Counted from the first letter of the stretch, positions 1 through 10,519 are shown. The stretch: DNA of 18,505 nucleotides from Ginkgo biloba (GCA_024626585.2 JANKJI020000002.1:56383646-56402150), one strand, 5' to 3'. Translations and numbers: made by a program. The notes: a model not told the origin generated them from the letters alone.

Positions 1-239
1 ATTATCTTCACCAGTTGCCCTAATAGAAAACTCTTTAAAGCCCTTTGACCACCTTTGACTAGGTTTGATCAAGCTTTGTCCAAGGCTGACTGGGCCTGTA
101 ACAAAACCAACATCTAAAGATTACATATTCCTCTATCCCTAAGGAACAAAGCATACAGATCCATTGAACCTTAAAAAAGAATGATCTATCTCGACTCTAA
201 GCTCATGCAAATAGACTTGAATCTGTCCTAGTCAAAATC

Positions 240-1215
240 ACAAACCATGGGACCAATGCTGCCAGAGAATGTGGTAGAACAATGACCCCATTTGAGATGG
301 TAAGAACATGTTGGGCATAAAAGGCGAGTTTAGAGTTGAGAGGCTGGCAAGGACAAGTCCAAGCAACCCAAATGTATTACTTGTAAATGTCATTCCAAAT
401 CTCTCACTCTCTATTGGAAGGAAGGAGATGAATGGGAGCATCTAATTATAGTCTTAATGGAAGACAGTGACCTATAGAGATATCCAGAGTTTGAAGAATC
501 ACTAAAACCTCTGAGTACCAACACTGACTCCTTGGTGACTGGTCAAAAGATGCTAATCTCTAACATGATAAAAGAGCAAGATATGGATATCTATCCCTCC
601 CAAATGCAATGCCTTCCATACATCAGACCCTATGGAGATAAGATGTAAGCTTAAAGATAGTATTGAGATATAAGGGGCGAGCATCAAATTTGGCTTGAAC
701 AATACATTGTGGAACTATGAACGTACCACATATGATCCATTAAAGAATAATAGTATGCACCCTCTCAATTCCAGCTCCTTAATAGGTGAAACGCTCAAAC
801 TCCAAATCTCAAAACCATAAAGCAATATGGTTTTGACGATGGAATCAAATAGCAATGCTTAGGACTTAATGTCCTAAAAGTGGAGCTAGAAACAATGTCT
901 CTCTAAATTTGAAATAGAGGCATAGCCAAGAATTGGAAGTTGGTCTCAGACTAAACAAAGCGCTAGTAAATTAGATACCCAAATAGCAATAAGATGTAGC
1001 AATATCCACTACCTGTCCTATGAATGTGAAATGAAGTCTAAAAGGTCCTTCTCCTTCATCATATTAAAAATGATAACCTTAGTTTTACTAAGGTTGACTT
1101 CCAACTGTGTCCTATCACAAAAGGAGATAAGCGAGTCTGATTGCATTTGAAGCACTTGCGGTGTGGAGGATAAAAGCACAATGTCACCAGCAAAGAGTGT
1201 TTGTAAGATATACGT
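240..1215 (-). mobile_element. Degenerate RTE/RTE-X-like LINE, RT C-terminal half and downstream region
   Basis: LFAGDIVLLSSTPQVLQMQSDSLISFCDRTQLEVNLSKTKVIIFN (decayed YADD motif). After frameshifts come VDIATSYCYLGI*F, LLFDSIVKTILLYGFEIW and IERVHTIIL*WII...VPQCIVQAKFDARPL, typical of RTE-group LINE ORFs. Many stops. Confidence 0.85.
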
Positions 1216-1613
1216 NNNNNNNNNNNNNNNNNNNNNNNNNNNNNNNNNNNNNNNNNNNNNNNNNNNNNNNNNNNNNNNNNNNNNNNNNNNNNNNNNNNNN
1301 NNNNNNNNNNNNNNNTGGTGTTCTTTGTATTCTGTGGATGTTAAAGTTATTTTAATATTCATGTTTCACAAGAATGACCCCCAATACACCAATTAGAGTT
1401 TTGCACATCTTCCTATAGACAACAAATTATCATGTCTCCCATCTCAAATAATTTTGGCAATTTGCTAATGCACAATGTTTGCATGATATATGTCCTTGAC
1501 ATATAACACAAATTGACAACATGATTCATCTTGTGACAACAAACGACGATGCAACATCTACGAAGGGCGCGGTGTGAAGGAAGATGAAATCGAATCAAAA
1601 TTTCTTTATGGTA

Positions 1614-1760
1614 GGTCAAAACCACCTTGGAAAAGGCAAAATCGCCTTAAGGTGGGTCAAAATCACCTTGGAAGAGGAAAAATCGCCTTAGGCTTGGTCA
1701 AAACCACCTTGGAGAGAAAAAACTGTCTTAAGAAAGGACAAAACCGCCTTAAGGAACATC
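1614..1760 (+). repeat. ~41-bp tandem repeat built from 20/21-bp subunits, ~3.5 copies
   Basis: GGTCAAAA(C/T)CACCTTGG at 1614, 1655 and 1696, GGACAAAACCGCCTT at 1736, alternating with AAAATCGCCTTA half-units. Confidence 0.85.
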
Positions 1761-1833
1761 AAAATAGTAAAAAAGGCCACTCAAATGATGTTGATCGAGT
1801 CAAAATAACCCTGTCATTGGTCAAAGGTCCAAA

Positions 1834-1945
1834 GATGACCTGGCAATCCATAGATGATGTGGCAGTCCAAATGATGACGTGGTCGTCCAAGGGATGACAT
1901 GGCAGCATAAAGGATGAGGTAGCAGTAGAATTTATGATGTTAGCA
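1834..1945 (+). repeat. ~20-bp tandem repeat with GATGACGTGGCA-like core, 6 copies
   Basis: Cores start at 1834, 1853, 1873, 1893, 1913 and 1933 (gatgacctggca, gatgatgtggca, gatgacgtggtc, gatgacatggca, gatgaggtagca, tatgatgttagca). Confidence 0.8.
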
Positions 1946-2532
1946 ACAATCAAATCGTTGGTCAAATGTAGTCAAAGTCGTTGGTCAAAGTTGCAGCAAA
2001 GGATAGCATTTAATGTTGCAAATTTCGTTGGTCAAAGGTAGTCAAATTGTTGGTCAAAGGTAGAAATTGGTTGGCCAATGTCGCAGTAGAAGGATAACAT
2101 TTAATGCTACAAAATTCGCTAGTCAAACACTGTCAAACGTCTGCAAATAGTCGCATTTTATGCTATAGAAGTACGATTACATTTAATGCCAGGTATAACC
2201 AACTTTATAAGCATTAATGGTGTAGTCAATGCAGCCTAAGTCGACCTAAGGACAAGTATGATGTTGGGTGCAATTAATACTAAGTGCAGTCAACCTAAGG
2301 AGCAATCACGATGTAGTCAAAGCTGGTCAATGCGACTGGGCCGACCTAAAGTTCATTTATGATGTTAGTATTAAGGGAAGTTTGGCATAGACAAACTTGG
2401 TCAAAGTTGACTTAGGGTTAGATTAAGTTGCATTTATTGCTAAGCAAGGCACATTTAATGAAGAGAGAGATTCCTAGGGTTATGACCTATTATGAAAGGA
2501 CATCTCATATCAGTTATTGAAGAGAGAGAAAA

Positions 2533-2541
2533 CTATAAATA
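2533..2541 (+). promoter_or_regulatory. TATA box of the putative LTR
   Basis: CTATAAATA flanked by GA-rich tracts, a typical plant LTR core promoter. Confidence 0.45.
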
Positions 2542-2567
2542 GGAGAGAGAATCTCCCTTGAAAACCA

Positions 2568-2985
2568 TGTGAGACCCGATTACTAAATGTATATGAGTGT
2601 AATTAATGCATGTCTTAGTGTGAAAGGCTAAGACTGCATTAATGACGATGTACTATCTAAATTAAGCAATTAATGAAGATTTTGTACTAAAAAATTGAGT
2701 ATCCTCGTTATTTGTGCATGAATAATTAATCTCTCTTTATTAGGAATACATGCCTATTGATGACCTATTAATGCGTATATACTAACCCCTCGTTGGTGGA
2801 GTGTCCGACCCATGAGGTACCTAAATTACGCCCAACAAAGAGGAGAATAGAGATCAGGTTCTGATGCAAGGTACAAATGTCATCTGCATAGGTAGCTCCT
2901 GGAGGTGCTGCTCAAGCTCATCGATGTAGATCTTGAAGAGGGTTGGGGAAAGGGGACACCCCTGTTGGATGCCAATAGTACTCCA
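2568..2985 (+). mobile_element. Possible second LTR fragment
   Basis: Begins TGTGAGACCCG, resembling Gypsy LTR 5' ends. No matching 3' end or TSD found. Confidence 0.25.
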
Positions 2986-3737
2986 AATGTCATTACTGAA
3001 CCAAATTATCCTAGTTTTGAACAATTACCTCCATTTTATTAAAGTTCAAGAGAGAAGAAACTCCATCACTTAAAAATCAGATAGTCAACCTAAAGCACAA
3101 AAATGATTTTCCCTTTCAGTAAGCACACCATTAGTTTGCACCTGACAGACTTTATAGTTTTCCTTTTCTTTAATCTCATAGAAAATACAAACTTGCCTTC
3201 TTATTTCAACACTGGTCGCCAGTCCTCACACAGACTAGATATTAGAACTACAAGAATTAATGTTTTCTCCATGCTGGTCTTTTACAATGCAGTGCACAGA
3301 GGAGCAATTAATGTTAGGTGTTGATAATGACAGGTCATACAGGTTCATTAGAAAATATTGCGCTTCTCCAAGCTGTCTAGTTAATTAGTGAATCTCAGCT
3401 CGAAATGGGTCAAATATTAGGAGGACAGAAAAGAATGAAAATTCAAGGACCTTAAATCGGGACCTTTCAAAGTCGAATACGGATTGGAATAATGAACCAA
3501 CAAATACTTACAACAATGGTAAAAGCATTGCTTCTTGATAAGAGGAAGCTTTACATTATCAGACCCAGACATTCTATATGACTGCTTCGATAGAAGCTTC
3601 ACTACTTCCTCTTCAGATACATGTAAACAATCCACTAAAGTTTTTCAAAATATCTTTTAAATGCAGCTAGCAAATTACAGATTCTAGAAAAACAATATCA
3701 CTGAAAGCAGAAAGATTGTCCCTTAAAAGAGGCCCAC

Positions 3738-3815
3738 CTGTTTGTTGACAAGGAAGGTTCCTTTGATTGCAGAACCATTGTAGAAAAGCCGACATTGTAA
3801 CAACAAGGGATATGC
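3738..3815 (-). CDS. RDR3/4/5: RDR3/4/5-like internal exon (78 nt, phase 0/0) of the RdRP core
   Basis: Minus strand reads ttatttgcag|GCA TAT CCC TTG TTG TTA CAA TGT CGG CTT TTC TAC AAT GGT TCT GCA ATC AAA GGA ACC TTC CTT GTC AAC AAA CAG|gtgggc = AYPLLLQCRLFYNGSAIKGTFLVNKQ. This matches the RDR-gamma motif PLLIQCRLFxNGxAVKGTLLVNKK, with canonical AG/GT ends. It is too short to appear in the supplied ORF track. Confidence 0.9.
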
Positions 3816-4059
3816 CTGCAAATAATTTTTTCCTTTCGTTACATACATAATGTAGGTTAGAATTGCAATAACATAATTAAAATATGCAAAGCTTGTTAGC
3901 TATTGCTAGATTCTTCATCATATAGCAATTGTACTGGTGTGAGCTCTTGGAGCCACACTTTGAATATTTAACTGAATAGGATGAACTGGGTGAGGAATCT
4001 GCAAATGAGGCAAATTGGTACACAACAAAATACAAATCCTAGGTGATGAAATTAACTTT

Positions 4060-4690
4060 AATTGTTCTTGTATTATAAAAAACACACTTATTTATAAGTG
4101 AAAGTATAAGGCAAACTCACCTTTACAAATGTGGGATTTACCCATTTCGGTGAAAGTTAAATATATTAACTAAGTACAAAGTACAACTTGATGAACTAAT
4201 GACTTGGTAAAATANNNNNNNNNNNNNNNNNNNNNNNNNNNNNNNNNNNNNNNNNNNNNNNNNNNNNNNNNNNNNNNNNNNNNNNNNNNNNNNNNNNNNN
4301 NNNNNNNNNNNNNNTACTGATGAAGATTACACACACAAGTTAGTACACATACAAGTCATTCATTATGCAGAGCAAAAAAATCCCAGCAATAGAACATAGC
4401 ACAAAGGCCTCAAACACCTAAGCACTGTGGGTCTACCTTGAGTTTCACATTCTATGTCCTATTTCTCTCTCGTATTTAAAACTTATTCTCTCTTTAAAAA
4501 CAGAAAGGACACATCCTTTTACAATGTGGCACAACTCCCCAAGCATCCATTAATGCTAAAAAATGACTGCCCAATTAACACACCTTTCATTAGGTTGCCA
4601 CCTCATCATTACTCCTATACAAACCATTAGAGACTGCTGACACATTTGTACGTGTTGCTAACATAATCCGTCAAAGTATATATTGTTGTA
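4060..4690. mobile_element. LTR-like fragments either side of a gap, related to 11190-11560
   Basis: Shares TTTACAA(A)TGTGG and AAGTGAAA(A)GTA motifs with 11228-11380. Non-coding. Confidence 0.4.
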
Positions 4691-4726
4691 AAGTCAAATG
4701 TTTGGTAATAATGCACTCTGACAATC

Positions 4727-5350
4727 TCTAGTTCCCTAGCAGGACTCAATTTCGGTGACTAGAGCAGATCTTGCGGTCTTACTTGTGGGCCAAGTATAGT
4801 GGAGAGAGGGGCCTTCCCATGGTTCTATGGGATGTGTGTACTATGCCCAAGGATGAAGGAGGGCTTGGCCTGATTGATGTTGCCACTCAGGGCAGTATTC
4901 TTGCGGCCAAGTGGGTGGTGAGGTGTATAGAAGGCTTCGTGCCCTAGCAGGTCTTGTTTCGTCATAGGATGATGGTTGCGCAACACATTGGCAAGGTGCG
5001 AGGTGCATTTGATTTGTGTGATATTATTTCCTCCCCTCACTTGTTTCAAGTCTCGGGCTCTCTCATCTTCAGGAGCACCTGGTCGGCCTGGAGAGTCGTT
5101 GTAGGTTTGGTTCACTAGAATTGGGAGGGAAGTAGGGCCGATTAGGATTTAGCGTCAGCGCCCCATTTGGAGTTGGAGGATACAGGACAAGTGTATTGCG
5201 GAGATGCCCCGCTTTCAAGCGCGCAAATTGAGCAGCAAAGGCATCTTCTTCTGGGGGGATTTGCGGGACGCAACCACATACTCCTAGAAGGATTGGCGAG
5301 TTCTAGCCCAGGAGTATGGTCTGATTGCCCCAACCACCCAACGGTTATGG
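4727..5350 (+). mobile_element. 5'-truncated L1-clade LINE, post-RT region of ORF2
   Basis: Frame from 4732 reads FPSRTQFR*LEQILRSYLWAKYSGERGLPMVLWDVCTMPKDEGGLGLIDVATQGSILAAKWVVRCIEG, the L1 WxxxCxPKxxGGLG...LxxKW motif. In-frame stops. Runs into gap. Confidence 0.9.
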
Positions 5351-5450
5351 NNNNNNNNNNNNNNNNNNNNNNNNNNNNNNNNNNNNNNNNNNNNNNNNNN
5401 NNNNNNNNNNNNNNNNNNNNNNNNNNNNNNNNNNNNNNNNNNNNNNNNNN

Positions 5451-6753
5451 TGTACCAATACTATGTCCAGTTCTACACCTCTACTCCATCACACTTAGGA
5501 GAAGGTCATCGTACCTAGAGTACTCTGAAAAGTGACTTTTTGGGGGGACGGCTCGTACAGTCTTTGGAAAAGCCTAAACACTTGGGTAAGTACCCTAGAA
5601 AGGTATGTCCTCATTTATTTGTTTATATTAATTTACGATTTATAGTGTTGTTTATACTTCTGCATGGTCTAAATCTATTTTCATGAGATAGCATGATGCC
5701 ATAAGGGTATGTATGCCCTANNNNNNNNNNNNNNNNNNNNNNNNNNNNNNNNNNNNNNNNNNNCATAGGGTATTTTCTTGCATTTTAGATATGATTTCTA
5801 TCATTATGATGATTAGGGTTTGTGAGGGTCTTAAACTGTGCAATCTCTTATAAGTAAACACCCTAGAACATTGTGTATGGTGGCTTGTAGGTGCATGGTG
5901 ACCACTATGAGGACACTCTGTTTAAAAACCAACAAGGGTTGGTACTTGCAAAGCCCTTGTGTGTGAGCACTTGTTTTGACTTANNNNNNNNNNNNNNNNN
6001 NNNNNNNNNNNNNNNNCAAGGGATACTTTATTATTGTGCTTTGTTCTAGCAGACACAGTGCAGGTTGAATATCCCAACTGATCAATACTATGTGCTTATG
6101 TGCTTTCCTTATCATGTTAGTAGGATCTAGTTTATAGCCGTCTAAGAGGACATATCTCAGTATTTAGAGAGAAATGACCCTAGTGCCTAAAAGGAGGGCT
6201 TGGAGCCTAAGGCCTTGGCACTCTTCATTGCTACAAGGGGTGGACTCAAATGGGGATGCCATTTGGGGTTTGATGGTTAGCCTTTATAATGTTGTAGGGT
6301 TGTGTTAGAAGAATTGGTTAAGCCCTCAAGGGTTCCTCATGACCAACAATGGGAGTGGAATTAGATTTTTAAATGGAATCTAAGATCCTGCAAAAGTTGG
6401 AGGCCATGCAGGCCAAGATAAGGCAACTAAAGGAAGAGAAACAACCTCTAGCCAAACTAATGCAAACCTATGAAAGAAGAAGAAGAAAACAGGAGGAATC
6501 CCAAGAAATTGTTAGAAAGTGCTCTAAAAAAGAAAAAGAAAAAGAATCTCACTCGAAAGAGGAAGAGGAAAATGAGGAAGAATTTGAAAGGGAACCTCGA
6601 CGCAAGAAGTTTGCGAAAGATTGGGAGTTGTAGCAGAATGTAAGGAAATTTGGGAATATGAAATCCCCTGACTTCAATGGAACAACATTAGGAACTTCTA
6701 TTAAGCCTTGCATAAGATTTGTTGAAATTTTCTTAGATACAGTTGGAATTTCA
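5451..6753 (+). mobile_element. Ty3/Gypsy (chromovirus-like) LTR, 5' UTR and gag start, degenerate
   Basis: LTR-like sequence ends near ...CTCTTCA (~6227), followed by a very decayed PBS-like stretch. ORFs 6373-6633 and 6658-6753 share one frame broken by a single TAG: a charged coiled-coil followed by MKSPDFNG (gag KPPxFxG motif). Confidence 0.7.
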
Positions 6754-6853
6754 NNNNNNNNNNNNNNNNNNNNNNNNNNNNNNNNNNNNNNNNNNNNNNN
6801 NNNNNNNNNNNNNNNNNNNNNNNNNNNNNNNNNNNNNNNNNNNNNNNNNNNNN

Positions 6854-6889
6854 GACCTCTTCACTTGTATTTGGTGCCAATATTGAGCT
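6854..6889 (-). CDS. Candidate RDR exon fragment running into gap (unverified)
   Basis: Acceptor-like tgttctgatccctgcag| followed by 36 nt open in two frames (SSILAPNTSEEV or AQYWHQIQVKR). It is on the same strand as, and between, the two RDR exons, but has no recognisable conserved motif. Confidence 0.2.
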
Positions 6890-6898
6890 CTGCAGGGA

Positions 6899-7016
6899 TC
6901 AGAACACAATGGTTTTTATTTTATTTTTTTGAGAAATACGACTTATATTACAGAAATATATTTATAATCCATATCTTACAACAAGGGTATATACAATAAG
7001 CAGTCAGAACACAATG
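6899..7016 (-). mobile_element. ~92-bp 5'-truncated LINE 3' end (or SINE-like stub) with 13-bp target-site duplication
   Basis: Perfect direct repeat TCAGAACACAATG at 6899-6911 and 7004-7016. On the minus strand the insert ends ...TGTAATATAAGTCGTATTTCTCAAAAAAATAAAATAAAAAC, an A-rich tail. Confidence 0.8.
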
Positions 7017-7844
7017 TTGTTTCATTACTTGGGATAGCATTGAAATGTTTTTCTTACATTTGCATCTTGGTCTGGTGCCCTGCTCTCATCTGAGTCAATT
7101 CCTAGGTACAATGATGAATATTCTTTAACTTATCCATCTTATCAAATCTGACCTGCAATGCATGCTTCTTCTTGTCAACTCGTTTCCTAGTGACCTGTGC
7201 TTGGGAGGCAATCAATTTGAGATCAAATATCTCCTTGAGGTCGAAGTACAGGTGCCCAACTTGGGGAAGATTCTCATGTTGAGTGCAATGTTGGACCTGT
7301 TTGCCTTGCACATTTTTATATATTTTTGTACATGACATATCACGGTACCTGTTTTTTATAGACTTTGACATAGGGATAGATCTAGCATTAGGCTTTAGAT
7401 ACACTGTTACCACTCTAGCACCCACACAGATTATTTCACATGATGTACTGTTTCTAGTCCCAGTGACCGCTTTTGGTCATCAGCGAACATTAATACTATT
7501 TCTTTCTTTCTAAATTTGCCAGAGTTTTATCTTTGTCGCTTTTCTTGAATTCACTGTCAATGCCAAACCCCACCCTACATGTAACCATACATCAATAAAC
7601 TTTTGAATAAACTGGATATTTTCTTCATCTTCTACTATTGTTCACATCTGCAAGCATTTCAAAATTTTCAGCATCTACCAATTCTAAACTCAAGCATTGT
7701 TCACTGAGATACTTTCTCATCGATATTGCACTGCCCATACTACTAAATCACAAAATTTTGGACAGTCATCATCAACCAGTATCTCTGCTTCTCAACATTG
7801 GTAAAATCAACAAGCCCAAGAAGGTGGTCAACAGAAAGAATGAA

Positions 7845-8233
7845 GATGTATTGGGTGTGTTCGAATTCCAAGCCATCAACATACTCATTTCCTTTTCATC
7901 TTCCCCATCTTGTAGATCTCTCGAATAGTGACCTTGTTGCTTTCCCTTCTACTTTTGTAATTATGATTCCTTCTGCAACTATATATGTTGCTTTTATAAA
8001 AATCGATAATCCTTCCTTATATGCCCCATATTTCCATAGTGCCAGTACTTAGGCTTATATTATCCCTTAGATCTCTCCTAATGAACATTATATTAAGGAA
8101 GGATCTTTAATCTGGTAATGAATGCACCAGATGTATCTTCACTATGATGTTATAACATTTTCTCCTATTGAAGTAGTAGTCCTTCCAACTCACTGAACTT
8201 TAGGGTTATTAATCTTCTATCAATGATCAGGCT
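7845..8233 (-). mobile_element. Ty1/Copia gag C-terminal remnant with decayed CCHC zinc knuckle
   Basis: LKFSELEGLLLQ*E...GAF...KYWHYGNMGHIRKDYR...KGKQQGHYS...MLMA in one frame with several stops. The CX2CX4HX4C spacing is preserved at 8047-8006. Confidence 0.75.
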
Positions 8234-8333
8234 NNNNNNNNNNNNNNNNNNNNNNNNNNNNNNNNNNNNNNNNNNNNNNNNNNNNNNNNNNNNNNNNNNN
8301 NNNNNNNNNNNNNNNNNNNNNNNNNNNNNNNNN

Positions 8334-9807
8334 AACATGCAGCTTCTCTCTAGGCTCCTAAACCAAAATACTAACTGAATCTAACTATGGAAGTTGATGG
8401 ATGCTAGTCTCCTCCTTTGTGTGCTCAAGTGTGGTATGGCGACAAGGCGACATGGTGTTTTCTAAAATGATCGGTACCTAGACCTAAGGATGGATTGGGT
8501 GAAGGAGTTGTAGTGTCGTCAGAGCCCTAGGATAGGCTCTATTCGAGGGCAAGTGGTTGACGACAAATAGCCAAGAAAATGCAATGGTGAACCGACTAAA
8601 GTTCACCTTTCTTGGAAGCATGCCCTCTGTCGAACACTAGAGTCCTTGGTAAACTCCCAAAACTCGACCCTAGGTGTAAGACTGACAGTATCTCTAAGTA
8701 AGATGAGGTATCGAAGATCTTATAGCCCCTCCCAATAGGTGAGTAGGTACTAAAAATGAAAATAAGTGTCTTCGTGTCATTTCCCTGGTGCAATTTTTGT
8801 TTATTTTTTTGTAAAAATATAATGGACATGCGAAAAACTGGAATAAAACTGAGATGGAGCGAAAAACACAAAATAAACCATAAGTAAGAGACTGTGAATG
8901 GAGCAGTAGGTAGGAGTCGCTAAGAGTAGTAGTTAAAGAGATTGAAAATATTGCTNNNNNNNNNNNNNNNNNNNNNNNNNNNNNNNNNNNNNNNNNNNNN
9001 NNNNNNNNNNNNNNNNNNNNNNNNNNNNNNNNNNNNNNGCGCGAAAAGTGCGAAAATCGGAGCCCAAAAATGAGAAAAAGTGGTCGTCCGATGAAAAATG
9101 AAAGGTCACATTAAAAAAATAAAGTGAACTTTGGAAAATACCCTCCTATTATAATGGAATATTCCTAGAATATTTCAAACTAATTTTTTTCTAATTCTAA
9201 AGTTCAAACTTTGGGGAGAAAAAAAATTCAAACTTTTCAACGACACTGCAAATCAATTGATTTCTAAAATTTTGATGAAATTTTGTCGATTCTTCGTGAA
9301 ATTTTTGAAGCAATGTTAAATCTGATCCTGATTTGAAGAAATTTTGGAAGCATTTTGATCCCTTTGAAGTTTGTTGCAGGCGTGTCTTCGAGTAGCAAGC
9401 GATTCTAGTAGCGGGAAGGTGCTCGTAGCAGGGGGTGTAGGAAATAGAGGGCATCTGCAATTCCTCTAAAAATCCAATTTTCCTCGANNNNNNNNNNNNN
9501 NNNNNNNNNNNNNNNNNNNNAAAAGTAACCATTTGTCCTAGAACGCACTGTGAGGGAAACAACAATCCCAAATTTCGATGGCAATTTTCACTATACCAAA
9601 GGGCAGTTGCAATTCCTCTAAAAATCATATTTTCCTTGAGAAAAAAATTACAAAAGTTAAGTGTTTTTCCTAGGATGTGCTATGAGGGAAACAACGATCC
9701 CAAATTTTAATGGCAGTTTTCCCAGTACCCTATAATCCTGCTGTAAAACATGATTCTGAAGGCGGTTTGGAGAGGATTTTGTGTTCCTTGTTGCCCCTAT
9801 ATTAGAA
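8334..9807. mobile_element. Probable long LTR / non-coding retrotransposon region
   Basis: No credible ORF. A/T-run and CGAAAA-rich texture plus an internal 132-bp tandem duplication. Family not identifiable. Confidence 0.4.
9450..9730 (+). repeat. ~132-bp tandem duplication (2 copies)
   Basis: GCAATTCCTCTAAAAATC at 9457 and 9609. GAGGGAAACAAC(A/G)ATCCCAAATTT at 9552 and 9684. Confidence 0.8.
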
Positions 9808-10519
9808 NNNNNNNNNNNNNNNNNNNNNNNNNNNNNNNNNNNNNNNNNNNNNNNNNNNNNNNNNNNNNNNNNNNNNNNNNNNNNNNNNNNNNNNNNNNNN
9901 NNNNNNNNNNNNNNNNNNNNNNNNNNNNNNNNNNNNNNNNNNNNNNNNNNNNNNNNNNNNNNNNNNNNNNNNNNNNNNNNNNNNNNNNNNNNNNNNNNNN
10001 NNNNNNNNNNNNNNNNNNNNNNNNNNNNNNNNNNNNNNNNNNNNNNNNNNNNNNNNNNNNNNNNNNNNNNNNNNNNNNNNNNNNNNNNNNNNNNNNNNNN
10101 NNNNNNNNNNNNNNNNNNNNNNNNNNNNNNNNNNNNNNNNNNNNNNNNNNNNNNNNNNNNNNNNNNNNNNNNNNNNNNNNNNNNNNNNNNNNNNNNNNNN
10201 NNNNNNNNNNNNNNNNNNNNNNNNNNNNNNNNNNNNNNNNNNNNNNNNNNNNNNNNNNNNNNNNNNNNNNNNNNNNNNNNNNNNNNNNNNNNNNNNNNNN
10301 NNNNNNNNNNNNNNNNNNNNNNNNNNNNNNNNNNNNNNNNNNNNNNNNNNNNNNNNNNNNACACTTTGATGAACTATTGACTTAAGTGAAAAATAAAGTG
10401 AAAATATAAGTAATGCACACCTTACATGATAGTTCATCACTACCTATTAGCTTAAGGATAGTATAGATTGGACTTATGATGTGCAACCATGAATTTTGAA
10501 GTCAGATGCTTCATGGTGT

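Larger units (their letters stand above)
1573..2567 (+). mobile_element. Gypsy-type LTR fragment rich in internal tandem repeats
   Basis: Starts TGTGAAGG. Contains 41-bp and 20-bp tandem arrays, recurring TTGGTCAAA and GCATTTAATG motifs, and CTATAAATAGGAGAGA (TATA plus GA tract) at 2533. The 3' end is not defined. Confidence 0.55.

Noticed and set aside
40-100. CTTTGACC repeats, reverse complement of the GGTCAAAG motifs at 1960-2410, as an inverted pair able to form dsRNA
   Set aside because: The similarity is limited to short motifs and the two regions are separated by an unsized gap.
1614-1945. Regularly spaced short repeats as a CRISPR array
   Set aside because: The units are degenerate and contiguous with no unique spacers, there are no cas genes, and the context is a eukaryotic LTR.
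3417-3635. 72-aa ORF containing YHC...KGP, reminiscent of an RDR-gamma motif
   Set aside because: The spacing and flanks do not match, and the real motif belongs upstream of the PLL exon, not downstream.
3935-3998. Possible RDR exon after ctcatttgcag acceptor
   Set aside because: Only weak donors follow, and the frame needed to join the phase-0 exon at 3815 contains a stop.
8521-8607. Small hairpins AGAGCC/GGCTCT and GGTGAAC/GTTCACC
   Set aside because: Arms of 6-7 bp seen once each are compatible with chance.
9657-10440. Long ORFs (199-235 aa) in the ORF track, and other X-containing ORFs
   Set aside because: They are artefacts of translating through N gaps.
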